This document shows, piece by piece, positions 44,058 to 57,755 of a stretch of DNA of 64,000 nt (positions within the stretch are counted from its first letter, which is position 1; each line of letters opens with the position of its first letter). The position numbers were made by a program, and so were the translations under genes. This DNA comes from Cyanophora paradoxa CCMP329 (taxonomy: Eukaryota; Plantae; Glaucophyta). The stretch lies in the NCBI GenBank assembly GCA_004431415.1, contig QPMI01000695.1, positions 21,198 through 85,197 on the forward strand, given 5' to 3'. The notes below the pieces were generated by a model that was not told the DNA's origin, ran no database searches, and saw only the letters and a program-made list of their open reading frames with translations.

Positions 44058-45410
44058 TAGGGGGCGGCCCCGACTCGGTGGCCCTCGAGGCCACCAAGAA
44101 CAGCAAGAAGATCTCGATCCCGGGAGCACCGCATCAACTACCCCGACGGGGTGGCCGCGCGTCCTACCGCCCCGGCCACTCGACGGGGGCGCGCCGGCTC
44201 AACCGCCTCAGCGCCCTTAACGAGGACAAGACCCCCGAGGAGGCCGCCCAGCTCGCGGCGGACATCGCCGCCCAGTCCCACAAGCGCGCGATCGAGCGCT
44301 TCGGCCCCGACGCCGTCAAGAAGCGCGAGGGCGGTGCCGCCGCCCCGCCCCGCCGCCGCGGCCGCCGCGGCCGCCCCCGCTGCTGCCGCCAACGCCGCCA
44401 CCGCTGCCGCTGCTGCCGCCGCCGCCGCTGCCGCCGCCGTCGCCGCCGCCGCCGCCCCGGCACCGGCCGCCGCCCCGCGCCCGCCCCGGGCCCGGCCCCG
44501 CCCCGGCCCTGGGCCGGCCACCATCTCGCTTACCAACTACCAGGCGGCCCAGCGCGTGCTCGCCGAGCTCACCTGGGCCCTCGGGGCCCCGCCGCCATCG
44601 AGGCCCTCCTGGCCGGCCGCCGGGCGGCCGCCGCCGACAACGCGGCAGCGTAGAAATTTCCTCTCTCGGCACTTTTACCCTTTCGGCCCCCGATTTCTTT
44701 CTCTTTCCTCTCTCTACAATCTGCGGTAGCATGACTGCCGAAGAAAGGGGCCTTGTGACAAGCCCGCCGCCCTCCTCTCTGAGTTAGATAGCTCCATGAA
44801 GCAATGACACCCCCCTACCCGCCCTCGCATTAAGCCTTGCCCGCCTACGGGTTCGCCCCACCTCCCTAAGCATCTCTCCGGCCCGGACGCTTGCGACAGA
44901 CTAGCTCCACGGCCTGCGCCCCCGCCACGCCCCTCTGTCCCCTGACCCTCCTAGGGTGCCCACCCCGCCCGCCACCGCCCGTCCCCGCGGCCGCGGCATA
45001 CCCGATAAAGCCCCTACCCGGCCCACACCCACCCCGCGCCCCACACGCAATAAAAATCGGGGGGCGCGCCCGCTACCCTAGCCCGCGCCGCTCCCCTCCC
45101 CCCCTCCCTCCCCGCCCCGCTCTCCCCTGACTGATAAGCTTGGCCCCCATGGCGCCACGACTCCCAACTGTACGTCTACACTCACACCTACGACCCCCTC
45201 CCACGCCTCCCCCCACAAGTCTTATACATACTCTTCTTCTTCTCCACAAGAGAAACGCTCAGCTGTAGCGTCGAGGCGCCTATCCCTGTGTTCCGGCCTC
45301 AGGTTATGCTCTGACCCAGAGTTCGGCCTATTCCGAACCGGTAGTGCGTACGATGATGTTACTGAACAAATACAATCGCCACCGCCCTTGATATGGGCTT
45401 TGTGAAAAAA
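44058..45410 (+). mobile_element. 5'-truncated poly(A) retroposon, copy 1
   Basis: ORF tail RLNRLSALNEDK...GRRAAAADNAAA* (stop 44653) homologous to 60160-60579; conserved block 45266-45352; terminal hairpin plus A-run; possible TSD AGCTA. Confidence 0.7.
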
Positions 45411-45599
45411 AGCTAACTATATCTGGGGGCTAGCGCTTGACTGCGAAATCGCGCCTAGCTGCCTAGCAGATAAAGCTGCACGTCGCCTTCTGCCCCTCGC
45501 CCCTGCTGCTCAGAAGCCTCTCCACTCCGGACCAGGCGCTATGTGGGGATTCCATCGGCACTTGCAGCAGCACGTTCCCGCACTCGCCGCGCTGCGCGC

Positions 45600-48500
45600 G
45601 CCACGGTGAGCGGGCGGATCAAACGAAGATTAGCGAGCAGCGAGCGGCAAGCGGGCGGCTGTGCACCGTGCCGAGGAGAGGGAGCAGCAGACCGGCTCGC
45701 CCCGCGTCCGGCGTCCCTCGACCGCGATGGCGACGGCGCAGCGCTCGCTGCGCTCGGGGTATAAATCTAAAGAAGAGAAGAATGCGCGCCGGCAAACGAC
45801 CGCACCTGCCACATCTGCGCCCCAGAGGCCGCAAACACATAAACTCCGAGGGCGTCCAGCAGCCACGCGTCCGAGAACGGCACCCGCTGCGCTGCGCACG
45901 CGGCCGGCGTCACAACAACATCGAAGCGAAAACATCTGAAACAAGAGCGAGCAACTGGCCTGCGGGAGAAGACGGTAGGCGAACTGGATGGTGGTGCTCT
46001 GCTCGCGCGGGCCAGTCACCCCGTTCCCTGGCCCGCCAGCGGAATGATGGATTGGAGCAAAGGAGATGAAACGAAAAGCACCTTGCTTCGCCTCGGCAGC
46101 CGCCCTCTCCTTTCTGCGCGTGCCTGTCAACCGCAAGAGCACTCACCAGCGGCGACCGGGCTGCGAATGCAGATCAAAGGCGCTTGAAGAGGCAAGAACG
46201 ACGCGTTCACGAGCGTTCTCCGCCACGAGCAGGGGCCCTCTGCGCTGGCGCAGCGCTCTGCGTTTGAAATCCGGCCGGCGACAGGCGGGGGACGCGAGAG
46301 GATGCAAGTAGGCACCTTCGAGCGTCGTTCGCGCTCGAGGCTCGTCAAGTTCGCGGCAGCTGTGCGGACTCCGTTTGACCTGTTTGAAATGCGGAGTAAG
46401 GACCGGATGCGCTGCGGTGGAGAGCCCAGCGCCGACGAACCGAGAGTCCATCGCGTCCCGTGCTGGAAGCCGCGGCCAATTCTTACCCTGCAGCTGCGTG
46501 CTCTTCAAGTGCAAGGCCGCGGATTTGGGGTACACAGCTGTTGGGTGAAAGCGGCACCCCGCCTTGCGAGACCAAACAGCGAGGGCGCCTGACGCCCCTC
46601 GGCTCAGCTTTTCGAGGCGCCTGAAGCGGTCCCGGCTCCTTCGCAGCTCGCTTGGTTCCGCGCACGTTGGCGGAACTTCGGAAGCTCGCAGACGCAGCGC
46701 GCGGCCCTTTAGTTAGCTATAGCTAGGAGCATGTGGCCCGTGCTCTCGCAGCTGGGTCTATTCCCTGGCGTGGCCGTGTTTCCGTGCGGCGCTGCGTTGA
46801 CGGCCTGCCTTCCTCCCACAAACCGACGACGTGCGTCTATGCCGTGCCTTCCGCGTCCCCGCGTGTCGTACAGCTCACTCGATTACGCAGGATCGCCGGC
46901 GGTGAGCCCCGTCAGCCCAGTTGGTTGGCCCCGCGCCCAAGCCGAGCCAAGGTGCGGCTGCCGCCTGGACGGGGTGCGGGAACAGACGGGCTGCCGCCCG
47001 TTTCTCGCTGTTGATCTCTCCTTCGTAGCGGGTGATGGCGTGCGGGCGCACCGCTGGCGGCGAGCGCGCCCTGCCGAGCGCGTCGCCGAGCGCGCCGGGT
47101 GTGCCGCCAGACCATAGCTTTGCGTTCAGCGGCGCGCAAACGCATGGCTCACGACTCTTGCTTGCGTTCCAGGCGCTGGGTCGCGCGCGCCGTCTCCAGG
47201 CTCCGAATTCTGGACCCCTCTTCCACAGCCTGGTGAGCCTCAGGCCTAGACGAGGCGAGTTGAGCGGCCTGTGTGCGCACGCGTCGCTGACAAGGCGCTC
47301 CTGTCGCGCAGGATGATCGAGTCCCGGGGCGATGGTCGGAGGGAGCGGAGGGCGGCAGCATGGATTGCACGGCGGGGCGTAGGATTGGCGGGCAGCGGCC
47401 CGGGGCGCACGCCTCGCGCGCCGCCGGCTGCCCGCCCGCCCCGGCCCGCCCCGGCGCCGTCGCTTCGCCCCGCCCCGTCGCTTTCGCCCTGCCCCGCAGA
47501 GACGGTGCGCCGTGCCGAGCGCCCTGCCCGGCCCAGCCCGGCCTGCCTGCTGCTGACGCCCTCGCTGCTATCGCGGGGTTAACGCCGGGACAACGTCCTC
47601 AGGGGACAGCGCCGGGGGTCTCGGAAGCTCAGCAGGAGGCGGCGCGGCTCACCTGGCGGGGCGGAGGCGCGGCGGGCGGCGTCACGGCTCGCCGGGAGGG
47701 GCGGCGACGCGGCGGGCGGCGTGCAGCTCGCCGGGCGGTTCGAGGGTGCGGCGGGCGGCGGCGAAGCTCGGCAGGCGGGGCGCAGGAGCGGCGGGCGGCG
47801 GCGCAGCTCGGCGGGTGGGGCGGAGGCGCGGCGGGCGGCGGTGCGGCTCGGCGGGCGGGGCGGAGGCGCGGCGGGCGACGGCGCGGCTCGCCGGGCGGGC
47901 GGAGGCGCGGCGGGCGGCGGCGCGGCTCGCTGGGCGGCGCGGCGGGCGGCGGCGCGGCTCGGCGGGCGGGGCGGAGGCGCGGCGGGCGGCGGCGCGGCTC
48001 GGCGGGCGGGGCGGTAACGCGGCGCGCGGCGGCGCGGCTCGGCGGGCGGCGGCACGGCTCGCCGGGAGGGGCGGAGGCGCGGCGGGCGGCGCGCAGCTCG
48101 CCGGGCGGTTCGAGGGTGCGGCGGGCGGTGGCGAAGCTCGGCGGGCGGGGCGCAGGAGCGGCGGGCGGCGGCGCGGCTCGGCGGGCGCGGCGGAGGCGCG
48201 GCGGGCGGCGGCGCGGCTCGCCGGGCGGCGGCGGACGAGCGGCGGGCGGTTGCGCGGCTCGCCGGGCGGCGGCAGACGAGCGGCGGGCGGCTGCGCGGCT
48301 TGCCGGGCGGCGGCGGACGAGCGGCGGGTGGCGGCACGGCTCGCCGGGTGTGGCGGAGGCGCGGCGGGCGGCCACGCGGCCAGACTGGCAGGGCGGGGGC
48401 TCGGCGGGCGGCGGCGCGGCTCGCCGGGCGGGACGGAGGAGCGGTGGGCGGCTGCGCGGCTCGGCAGGCTGGACGGAGAATCGGTTGCAGGGCAGCGCAG

Positions 48501-48850
48501 CCTCGGATCTGTCTTAAACCGACTTCATAATCAAATCTAGCGCCCTTGAGAACCCCCAACAGCATGCTCGTGGGCGTATGCAATATATGGGCGCCGAGTT
48601 TCAATTTGGCTCGCAGTGAGGATCTGAGCACCCATGCATGCATTGCAATTGTTCATGATGATCATGATCACTGATCATGAGGCTTTGCGAAGATCCGGAC
48701 CTTTTGACTGACTGGAGAGGTGTACCTAGGCTATATCAAAGGCGCTAGATTTGATTTTGATGGTGGCAAGCGCTGAAAAGGTGCTTGTACCTCGCCAAGC
48801 AATAGTGGGCCCCAATTGCCAACACTTCATTTGTGCCAAGTTGCAGGGCA
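45600..48850. repeat. Dispersed copy of the foldback element interior (arm, GC minisatellite, one inverted satellite monomer)
   Basis: 45.6-47.6 kb matches 24.4-26.1 kb inverted and 19.4-20.7 kb direct; 47640-48470 is the 40-bp minisatellite; 48480-48850 is the reverse complement of the 348-bp unit. Confidence 0.85.
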
Positions 48851-48949
48851 GCCAGTGCGCGTCTTGGCATGGCCCATCCACACGCGTACGCCGAGCGCGG
48901 CGTCCGGCGCCGCGGCCAGCGAGGAGCCGCGGGCCCGGAATCTCCCCTG

Positions 48950-51900
48950 CACAGGGAAACATAACCGGTAACTAGCTAGCTAGTAGCTAGTTACGTATCG
49001 AGTACTTTTTCTCCGCTACTCGGTACAGACTCGTTAGCTAGCGAGTCGATAACGAGTAGTTACCTAGTGCGTAGCGAGAGCGTATGTAGTGCGCATAGCT
49101 AGCACGTTATCTAGCGCGTGCACCTAGCCAACCAGCTTCCTGCCACCCGCCATGCCGCCAGCAGCTTCACCTCGAACATGCTTCATTCACACAATCTGCT
49201 ACCACTATACTATGCTATGCGAAGCTAAGCGAGCTAAACTAGCTAACTACGCTATGGTGCCTAAGGCTGCACTAAGACTAGACCGAAGGCTGCACTAAGA
49301 CTAACCCTAGACTGCACTAAGACTATGCCTGCGTCACCCGGCTCCGCCGCCCGCCGGCTCCACTAGGACTTGCGCTACGCCACGGCTCCGCCGCCCGGCC
49401 GCTATGCCGGCGCCACGAACTCGCCGCCGCCGCCACTTTCCACCCCAAGCGAGCTGCAAGGGATGTGAACATCATGCCAATCTCATCGTGGCAGTCGCCC
49501 GGGGCGACCTGGAGATCTAGAGCGGAAGCGGAAGCGCTAAGCGGACCAGGAGAGCGGTAGCTAGATCTAGAGATGGCGAAGACATGCAGAGCGGTAGCTG
49601 CGGGCAAGCCGCACCTACTTGAATGGCGACGCCTGCGAGGACGCCTGCGACAATGTATAAGCGACATGGTGCCATACAACAGCCGTGGATCCTGCCAGAG
49701 CACGCGATGCGCGACGGTATGCAGATCGGACCTTTCGGGGCTTCGGACTTCGCTTCTGGGCGCTCGGGACCGCCGATGACTGCTCATCTGGGAACTCTAC
49801 TCAGTTTAATGAAGTCTGGGTCCCGATGGGCGACGGGGGCGGGCTGCGCTGGAGCTGTCCGTTACCACGAGCTTACCAGCGTCCCAGAGTCACTAGCCGT
49901 TCCCTGCGCGTCAGAAAGGCAGAGCAGCGCTCGGAGAAGCTGCTCGGGCGCCGCTCGGGCGCTGCTCGGGTTTCGAGCTGTAGCACCGTTTGGAAGTTTT
50001 GTACCCGCCAATCAAAGAGGACTGCAGCCAGGCCGCGCCCGCCACGATGACGCAGCCGACCGAGAAGCGCAAAGCGAGAAAGAAGAATGCCGCGAGGCAA
50101 GCGCAATTCACTAGCCGGACACCGATGCTCACAAATTAGTCGGACACCGATGCTCGCTAGTCGGAATCCGGAACGGCGCGGTCGCGGCATCGTGCCGCTC
50201 GACAAATTCCTCGCCGGCGTCGACTTCCCCGCCTTCTTCCACGACACCCGCGAAAGTGCCGCCTCCGCTGGGAGCTCCCCGCCGGCGACCCGGCCGCCGA
50301 GCGCGCCCGCGCCGGCCTCGTCCATATCGTCCACCTCGTCGACCGCGAGGCGAGCGCGTGTGCTTCCCTTCACTCGCCGCGCCCCGCCCACAGCTTACGC
50401 GCCCTCTTCAGATCGCAGACAAGGCGGGAGTGTGCGCGCCCTGCGGGCCGGCGAGGCGTCGCTGGGGCACGCCCCCGAGCGGCGCGCCCCCCGAGCCGAC
50501 GCCGCGCCGCGAGCTCGGAGGGCGGAGGAGGGCGGCGGCGCGGCTCGCCGCACGGAGCGGAGGCGCGGCGGGCGGCGGCGTGGCTCGCCGCACGGGGCGG
50601 GGGCGCGGCGGGCGGTGGCGGCGTGGCGCGGCTCGCCGGAAGGGGCGGAGGCGCGGCGGGCGGCGGCGCGGCTCGCCGCACGGAGCGGAGGCGCGGCGGG
50701 CGGAGGCGCGGAGGGCGGCGGCGCGGCTCGCCGCACGGGGCGGGGGCGCGGCGGGCGGTGGCGGCGTGGCGCGGCTCGCCGGAAGGGGCGGAGGCGCGGC
50801 GGGCGGCGGCGCGGCTCGCCGGAAGGGGCGGAGGCGCGGCGGGCGGCGGCGCGGCTCGCCGGAAGGGGCGGAGACGCGGCGGGCGGCGGCGCGGCTCGCC
50901 GGGCGGGGCGGAGGCGCGGCGGGCGGCGCGCGGCTCGCCGGGCGGGTCCCGGCGGGGCGCGGCGGGCGGCGGCGCGGCTCGCCGGACGGGGCCCGGCGGG
51001 GCGCGGGGGGCGGCGGCGCGGCTCATCGGACGGGGCGGAGGCTCGGCGGGAAGCGGCGCGGCGCCGGCTCGCCGGACGGGGACTGGCGCGGCGGAGGCCG
51101 GCCCGGCGGGGGCGCGTCGGGCTGTGGCGCGGCTCGCTGGACAGGGGGGAGGCTCGGCGGGCTCGCCGGCTCCGGGCGGGGCGGGACCGCCGGCTCCGGG
51201 CGGGGCGGGACCGCCGGCGGGCAGCCATCGGCTCGCGGGGCGCCGGTGCGCTGGCAGCCGTCGGCTCGCGGGGCTCCGGCGCAGGGGTGGCAGGGGGACG
51301 GGTGGCAGGGGGGCGGGCGTTTGAGGGGCCCCACCCCTGCCGGCCCGGCCCGACCGGCGGCTGCTGCCTTGTATAGCATGTGAAGCACTCAAATGGCTTT
51401 CGTTTGTCGCTTTCCCGGCCCCAGCAGAGCCTGTGCCGCGCGCCTGGGTGCCGCGCCTTCGCCGGGACCCCTTGGCTGATGGTCACGCCGGTCGATCGCG
51501 ACGACAGAGCGAGCCAGCAGAGCTTCATCTCGATATAATGAGTGAGATTCTTAAAGAATGATATCTTAAGAGTGTGTGCACCGATTTTCGCGGCGAGCGC
51601 GAACGTTCCGGACGATCCACGTTATCATGAGTCTTTAGACCAGAGTACTAGACCTGACTTCTCTAAGTTCATCATAAATTCTACCTCAACATCGATCAGC
51701 GCTGCTCATCGTCCGGAACGTTCGGCGAAGCTTGTATTTGAATACAAATGACATGTTTAGATCACGTACATCTTGATCCCAAAGCGGGAAGTCGCTGGGA
51801 ATACTGAGTCTTTGATCATGAGCAGCCGGGCAAGCTCGAGCCGCAGGCTTCCCCCCCGTGCACGCGGGCCCGGCCCATTACTCTTGAGTGAAAAACTGGT

Positions 51901-52697
51901 GCTAGTGCGGGTTTCCCTTCCGTCTGAGGCCTGAGCAAGGTCCGCGGCCCGACCGCCGCGGCGGTACGCCGTGATCATGATAACCGGAGGGCACCTAGGC
52001 GTACTTCGCCGCGTGCCGCGGGTGGAGCTCTGAGCGGGCCCGGGGGCGCGTCCTGAGGGCGTACATATATATATACGTCCTAAAGAAGGAAAACATGCGA
52101 CTGCACGCGGCTAGAGCCTCGGGGAATCCCAGCAGCTAAAGTCGCCCGGCGCCGGCAGGCTGCGCCGCGCAGCGTCTTCAATTTAAGTCTCGGCGCCCGG
52201 CCGGCGCCGGCACTATTTTGGACGAATTCGAATTACTGAGGTATTACCGCGGTAACACCGAGGCATTACCGACGACCCGAGGTATTGCCAAGGCAATCTC
52301 AGAGGCATTGCCGAGGCAATATCGTAGCGCGTACTGGCAATATCGTAGCGCGTACTGCCAGGCTGGCAATACCGTAGTACCGAAGTGCGCCCGGAGGTCG
52401 CTTTCCCGTCTCATGCATATGATCATTCAAAAATGATTGCTCATAGCCGTGCGCATGCTGCCGGGCTAAGCCTTGAAGCTAAAGTTATATAGTACAGCTA
52501 GCGCTATAGCTAGCGCTCGTCGGCGTCCGCGCGGCTATACTATGATAGCTACGGGTATGTCTATTGTCTTAGCAAGCTAGCTAGCTAGTCCTTAACGAGT
52601 CGAACGCGTTTTTTTGCATAGCGAGTTTGTTAACGAGTCCGTAATGAGTCCGTAACGAACAGTCGACTCGGTAAATCGCCGGTTACGTTTCCCTGTG
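48950..52697. mobile_element. Non-autonomous CAC-terminal TIR element (CACTA/Chapaev/Transib-type ends)
   Basis: TIR CACAGGGAAAC(A/G)TAACCGG (19 bp, 1 mismatch); 3-bp TSD CTG at 48947-48949 and 52698-52700; contains the 40-bp minisatellite at 50520-51100. Confidence 0.8.
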
Positions 52698-53799
52698 CTG
52701 GAGAACCCTCTGGGCCGCCGCGCTCCTTTGCGCTTCCCCTATTCCCGCGCGTGAGGATGCGCGGAGGTCGCTAGGATGATTCTTTCACAGCGGTTCAAGA
52801 ACCGTGAAGAATTTCCACCCGCGCGCACTTACCAGCTGCAGAAAGAGCCGAGTCTAGGAGCCAAAAACCGTCGAACCGTCAAATTGACGTAAACGCCGAG
52901 TCGAAAACAATGCAAAAACAAATCACGTATCCCAAGTTCAAACCCCCAAGTTCGACCCCAGGGATAAATCGACGCAGCGAAGCTAGGAATCCTTCAGCGC
53001 GCAGCCGCTCCTTAACAAGCGCAGAACGCGCGGTGAGCTTAGTAGCATCGTAAAGAGCTCGTCAAGCTGCGTAGGATGGAACTCGTCAATCCATGATTCT
53101 TACTCTCGATCGCGACGCTCAGCCAACCAAATTCGCTCGCCTGGCGATCGCGAATCGGGGAAAAAACTGGACTTAGCGCGCGGAGCTGCTGGCCATCGCC
53201 ATGGCGGCTGGGCGCGAGGCAGGTGCAAGCCGCATGCGGCTGCATGTCCGACGTACTACTATTAGGCTAGTATTAGCAGCCTGCAGCAAGCGGAGCAACG
53301 CGCCAGAAGAGCGCGGAGCGCCGCGGCCCGCGGCGCGGATCGGACGCCGCGGCCGGCCGCGTGAAGCGGAGCAACGCGCAAAGCGGTCATGATCATCGGA
53401 TCACCGGCACGGTTAGCAGTGTTAGCAGCAAGCAGCGCAACGCGCCAGAAGAGCGCGGAGCCGCGCTGAGCGCCAGAACGTGGAGCAACGCGCAACGCGG
53501 AGCCGGCACGGCACGGGGACGGCGGCAGGCGGCGGCTACTGGTGGTGGTGCGGCGGCGATGCGGCTGGTGGTGCTGCTGCGGTGCTGCGCGGTGGCCGCC
53601 GCGCCGCGCCTGCCGGCGGCCTTCTTCCGGCAATCGCATTCTGTCCACAACCTAGATGGCACAACCTGGATGTCCTTTGCACTGCGCACTGATGACCGTG
53701 CAGGGTGCCGCGGCCGGAGGCGTGATGCCTCGCCTCGCCCTGTCCCGCCGCGTCGTTTATGCCACCTCTGATGCCACCTCGGCGGCGCAGGTCGCGTGT

Positions 53800-54540
53800 C
53801 GGCGCGGGGCGGCGCGGGCGGCCGCCCGGCGGCGCGGAGCGGCGCGGAGCGGCGCGGAGCGGCGCGGGGCGGGGCGGGGCGGCGCGGGGCGGCCGCCCAG
53901 GCGGCGCGGCCGCCGCGTTCACGCGCGCATCGCGCTCATGCCGCATCTGCAGAGCGGCGCGGCCCAGTGGGGACGGGACGGCGCGGCGCGGAGCTGGCGG
54001 CCGCCCAGGCGGCGCGAGGCGGCGGGCGGCGGCGAGGATCGCCGCCCGGGCGGCGCGGGGCGCCGGCGGCGCTGGACATGGCGGCCGCCCGGGCGGCGCG
54101 GGGCGGCGCGGGGCGACACGGGGCGGTGCGGGGCGGCGGCGGCCGCCCGGGCGGTGGGGTGCGGCGGGTGACAGTGCGGGGCGGCGCTGGTGGCCGCCCG
54201 GGCGGCGCGAGGCGGCGGGCGGCGGCGAGGATCGCCGCCCGGCGGCGCGGGGCGGCGCTGGACATGGCGGCCGCCGGGCGGCGCGGGGCGGCGCGGGGTG
54301 ACACGGGGCGGCGCGGGGCGGCGGCGGCCGCCCGGGCGGCGGGGTGCGGCGGGTGACAGTGCGGGGCGGCGCTGGTGGCCGCCCGGGCGGCGCGGGGTGG
54401 CGCTGGCGGCCGTCCGGGCGGCGCGGGGCGGCGCTGGGCGGCGCTGGTGGCGCCCCGGGCGGCGGGGGCGGGCGGCGGCGTGGGCGGCGCTGGCGGCCGC
54501 CCGGGCGGCCCCGCGCCGCCTGGGCTGCCGGGGCGGCGCT
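53800..54540 (+). repeat. GC-rich degenerate tandem repeat
   Basis: Recurrent GGCCGCCCGGGCGGCGCGGGGCGGCGCTGG units. Confidence 0.75.
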
Positions 54541-57379
54541 GTGCTCTTTCAGGGCTTTTGAAAGGTTTAGTTTAGTGAAAATATAATGTGATTTGCAGCG
54601 CACGCGCTGTATGTGTGTGTTTGGCTCTTGAAACAGTTCTGGCTCAGAGGCCCAGTGACAGTACCAGTGGCAGGAGACCAAGAGCCGCGCGCGGCCCCTG
54701 CAGCCTCTAATGCTCCAAAATGTATCAGTTATGTACTATTACTGATAGAAACTGCAGGCAAAAGCGCGCGCGCCGCCTCCGAAGACTTGCCAAAAAACCG
54801 CATCAAAATATTTTAAAACAGCCTAGCTGACTTGCAAAAATCGACCCGTCATTTCGGAATTGAAGAAGGTCAAGAAGTTGGCAACTCAGTGACTTGGCAA
54901 GTGTGGCGGCAGCTATAACTAACTAGTAAGCATGATAACATTAAATAAGGCCATATACAGCTAGCCTGCAGCTTCCACGTCGCGAACTCGCTTACCCCGC
55001 ACCTCATGTCACTGATCATGAGTCACTGGATCAGCACGTCGCGGGAACGTCGCGGAGCTCATTCCCGGAGCGTTCGCGCGGTGTAAAATTGAGTTCTCTC
55101 TTCAATGCAAGCCCTCGGAGGGCTCGCAACGGACAAGGCATTGAATGACGGCGTGCGCAGTGGACGGGGTGCCGGCCCCGCGGACCAGCTTCCTCGGCTT
55201 GCTGGGCGCGGCGCCGCGTGCTCCAAGGCTCGGGCAAGCTATAATATGCTCATATGCATGCTCAGATCTGCTGCAGTACGCGTACGCGTGCCAGGATGCA
55301 GAGCCCTGATCCCAAAAGAACAAACCAAGCCCCAAGCTGCGAGCTGAGACTGGATGTGAGAGTGTGTTCTTCGCTTAAACATGAACAGATCACAGAATCC
55401 TAGGCTAGGCCGAACAGCGCCCGCACAGAAAGAAAGCGGCGTTTTGAAGTAGGACGCGACCTGCCAGACGGCAGCAGATCTAGAGCGGCCTGGCTGCGGT
55501 AGTTGCGCTCCAGTGATATTGAAAGCCACGCTATCTAGCGCTAGCAATGCGAGGCAAGCAGCAGCTAGAAGCGGCAGGGTTCGAGAAGCACCGGCCGGCC
55601 GGCCGGCGGAGCGAGGCGGCCGGGCTGCTCGTCGATGCAGCAGCTCCGCCGAAACAGCACAACCGCTTTCAAATCATCAGAACAGCACTGGCACAGCACC
55701 GTCTGGCTGCGTACGATCATAGTCAGCAGGCGGCGACAGAGCGGACAACCGGAAAAAGGAAACCGAACGGACCGCGGCATTGCTGCACCGCTCAGAAAGC
55801 TCTGCTATAGCATGCCGCCGCCAGCCGTGCGCGCTGCAATCGGTGCAGGCCATGCGTCAGTCGGACGGTCAAGAGCATGCAAGCGGGCGGCGGACCATGA
55901 AGGCGGGCGGCCGAGAAGACAGAATCTGCTTCTACCGACGACACGGCTTGCATGTCGGCTGGTCTGCATGATCTGCGCTTCGTTAAAAGAGTGGGGCGGC
56001 GGCGGCGGCGATAGCACCACACCTAATCGGCAGTGGCGGCAGCGGCGCAGTACTCTGCCCTGCTGTACAGTGTCATTAGATGCGTTTCAGCCAGCAGGAG
56101 CGCTTGCCTGCGGCCGGAATTGGCTCAGTGCAATGTGACCGTTAGCGGCAACCTTGAAAAACAGCACCTGCCTGCGCTGCTCGACAGCCATTAGCCCACA
56201 GACGGACTGCCTGTACTCTCCGGCGACCTGGCTGCTGTTCGGAGTGCGTCAAACGAGTGGGACGACGCGCAGTTCGCACGGACTGCACCTGCATCGCTTC
56301 GGGGGGGCGCGCTTGGCATCAGAGACACCTGTATTGATCGATATGACTCCATTGCTGCAGCGGGAGCGCCTAGCTACGGCCCAGGCCGCGACTTCGGGCC
56401 GACGCTGTTTTTGGTGGCCGATCCTGGTTTCGGTGCCGGAAGTAACTCGGTACCTTCGCCGGCTGTACCCCGCTTTGTACTTTCGAGGTCCCTACGAGTT
56501 TTTTCACGGTACTTGCGGAGGTTTACGGGTGGAAATTCCTGCCGGTTCCTAAATCGCTGTGTTTGTCTAAATGGGCTGTAAACATGCAGCGTGATGGTCG
56601 CTTTCGGCACAGCGGGGCAGTTTTTTGCACGCGCCGTCCCGCGGAGCGGCGCTGGGGGCTGCGCGGCCTCTATACGCATCTCTAATCGCCTCTATACGCA
56701 TCTCTCATCTCTACGCAAGAGGGCGCGCGGCGCCGGCGATCCGCGACTCGGTGACTCAGTGATGAACATGATAATCATGATCATGATTTGCATGATATGA
56801 CTCGGACGGTTTTTACTCGACCTGCGCATTTTACATTTTGCGAAACACCATAAATATTCAAAAGGGTGAAGATGGGGGTTTTCGAGGGTGCCGGAGACGA
56901 TGGGCGTGTTTCCGCGGCCAGCCGATTAAAGCCTGAACCGGTATTCAAGATTCGCTGTGACGAGGGGGCCCTTTTCCTCCCAGCATCATTCCGCACCGCC
57001 CATTCGCAGCCAGCTTCCACAACTCCGAATACAAGTCATTCAGATGCAGATACAATTTATATAAGCTGCATGATTAATAGCCCGCTCGGAGCCTCCGAGC
57101 GCGGGCGGCGGCCGCCGGGCGCCGCCCACCGGCAGCGCGAACTGGCATGGGGCGGCTACGCTGGCGGCAGCGCGCGAATTTCAAACTCGGGCGGCGGCGC
57201 TACAGCTGCGCGAACTCGCGAGCTCGGCCGCGGGCGGCGGCGCTGGTACCGGTGCACGTGGCGGGCACTGGCGGCGCGCGGCGGCACGTCGCCGGGCTCA
57301 TCGAAGTTTCTTTCATTCATGAACCGATGTACAGTAGCGCTAGCGCTAGCGCTCATATGATAATATGTGGCCGATCATC

Positions 57380-57625
57380 GGATCATATCCCGGGCATTAG
57401 GTCCGAGCTAATGCGGTTTAGCCCGGATCGTGGCTCAGCTTCGATCATATATCCGTTTTAGCCCGGGCATTAGGTCCGATCTAAGCCGTTTTAGGTCCGA
57501 TGAAATCCGTATTAGGTCCGACCCAATCCGTTTTAGGTCCGACCTAACCCGGGCATTACGTCCGACCTTATATTAGCCCGACTTTAGCCCGGTTTTAGCC
57601 CGCTTTTAGGTCAGTTGCTACCCCC
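57380..57625. repeat. TAGGTCCGA/TTTAGCCCG short-motif cluster, likely subterminal repeats of a DNA element
   Basis: Multiple TTAGGTCCGA and TTTAGCCCG copies ending abruptly before the GT34 gene; partner end not found. Confidence 0.5.
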
Positions 57626-57755
57626 CTTTTACTAGTGTCAGAGAAGACGCGCGCGGCCAGCGTCGGCCTTCGCGGGCGGCCCCGAGGAGTCTCCGATCGT
57701 TGAAACAGACAGTAGCAGTAGCTCAGCGCAGGCAGCAGCGAGCGAGGCGGCTGAG

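Noticed and set aside
45266-45352. 5S rRNA, tRNA or hammerhead ribozyme
   Set aside because: No 5S or tRNA consensus boxes and no CUGANGA/GAAA core on either strand.
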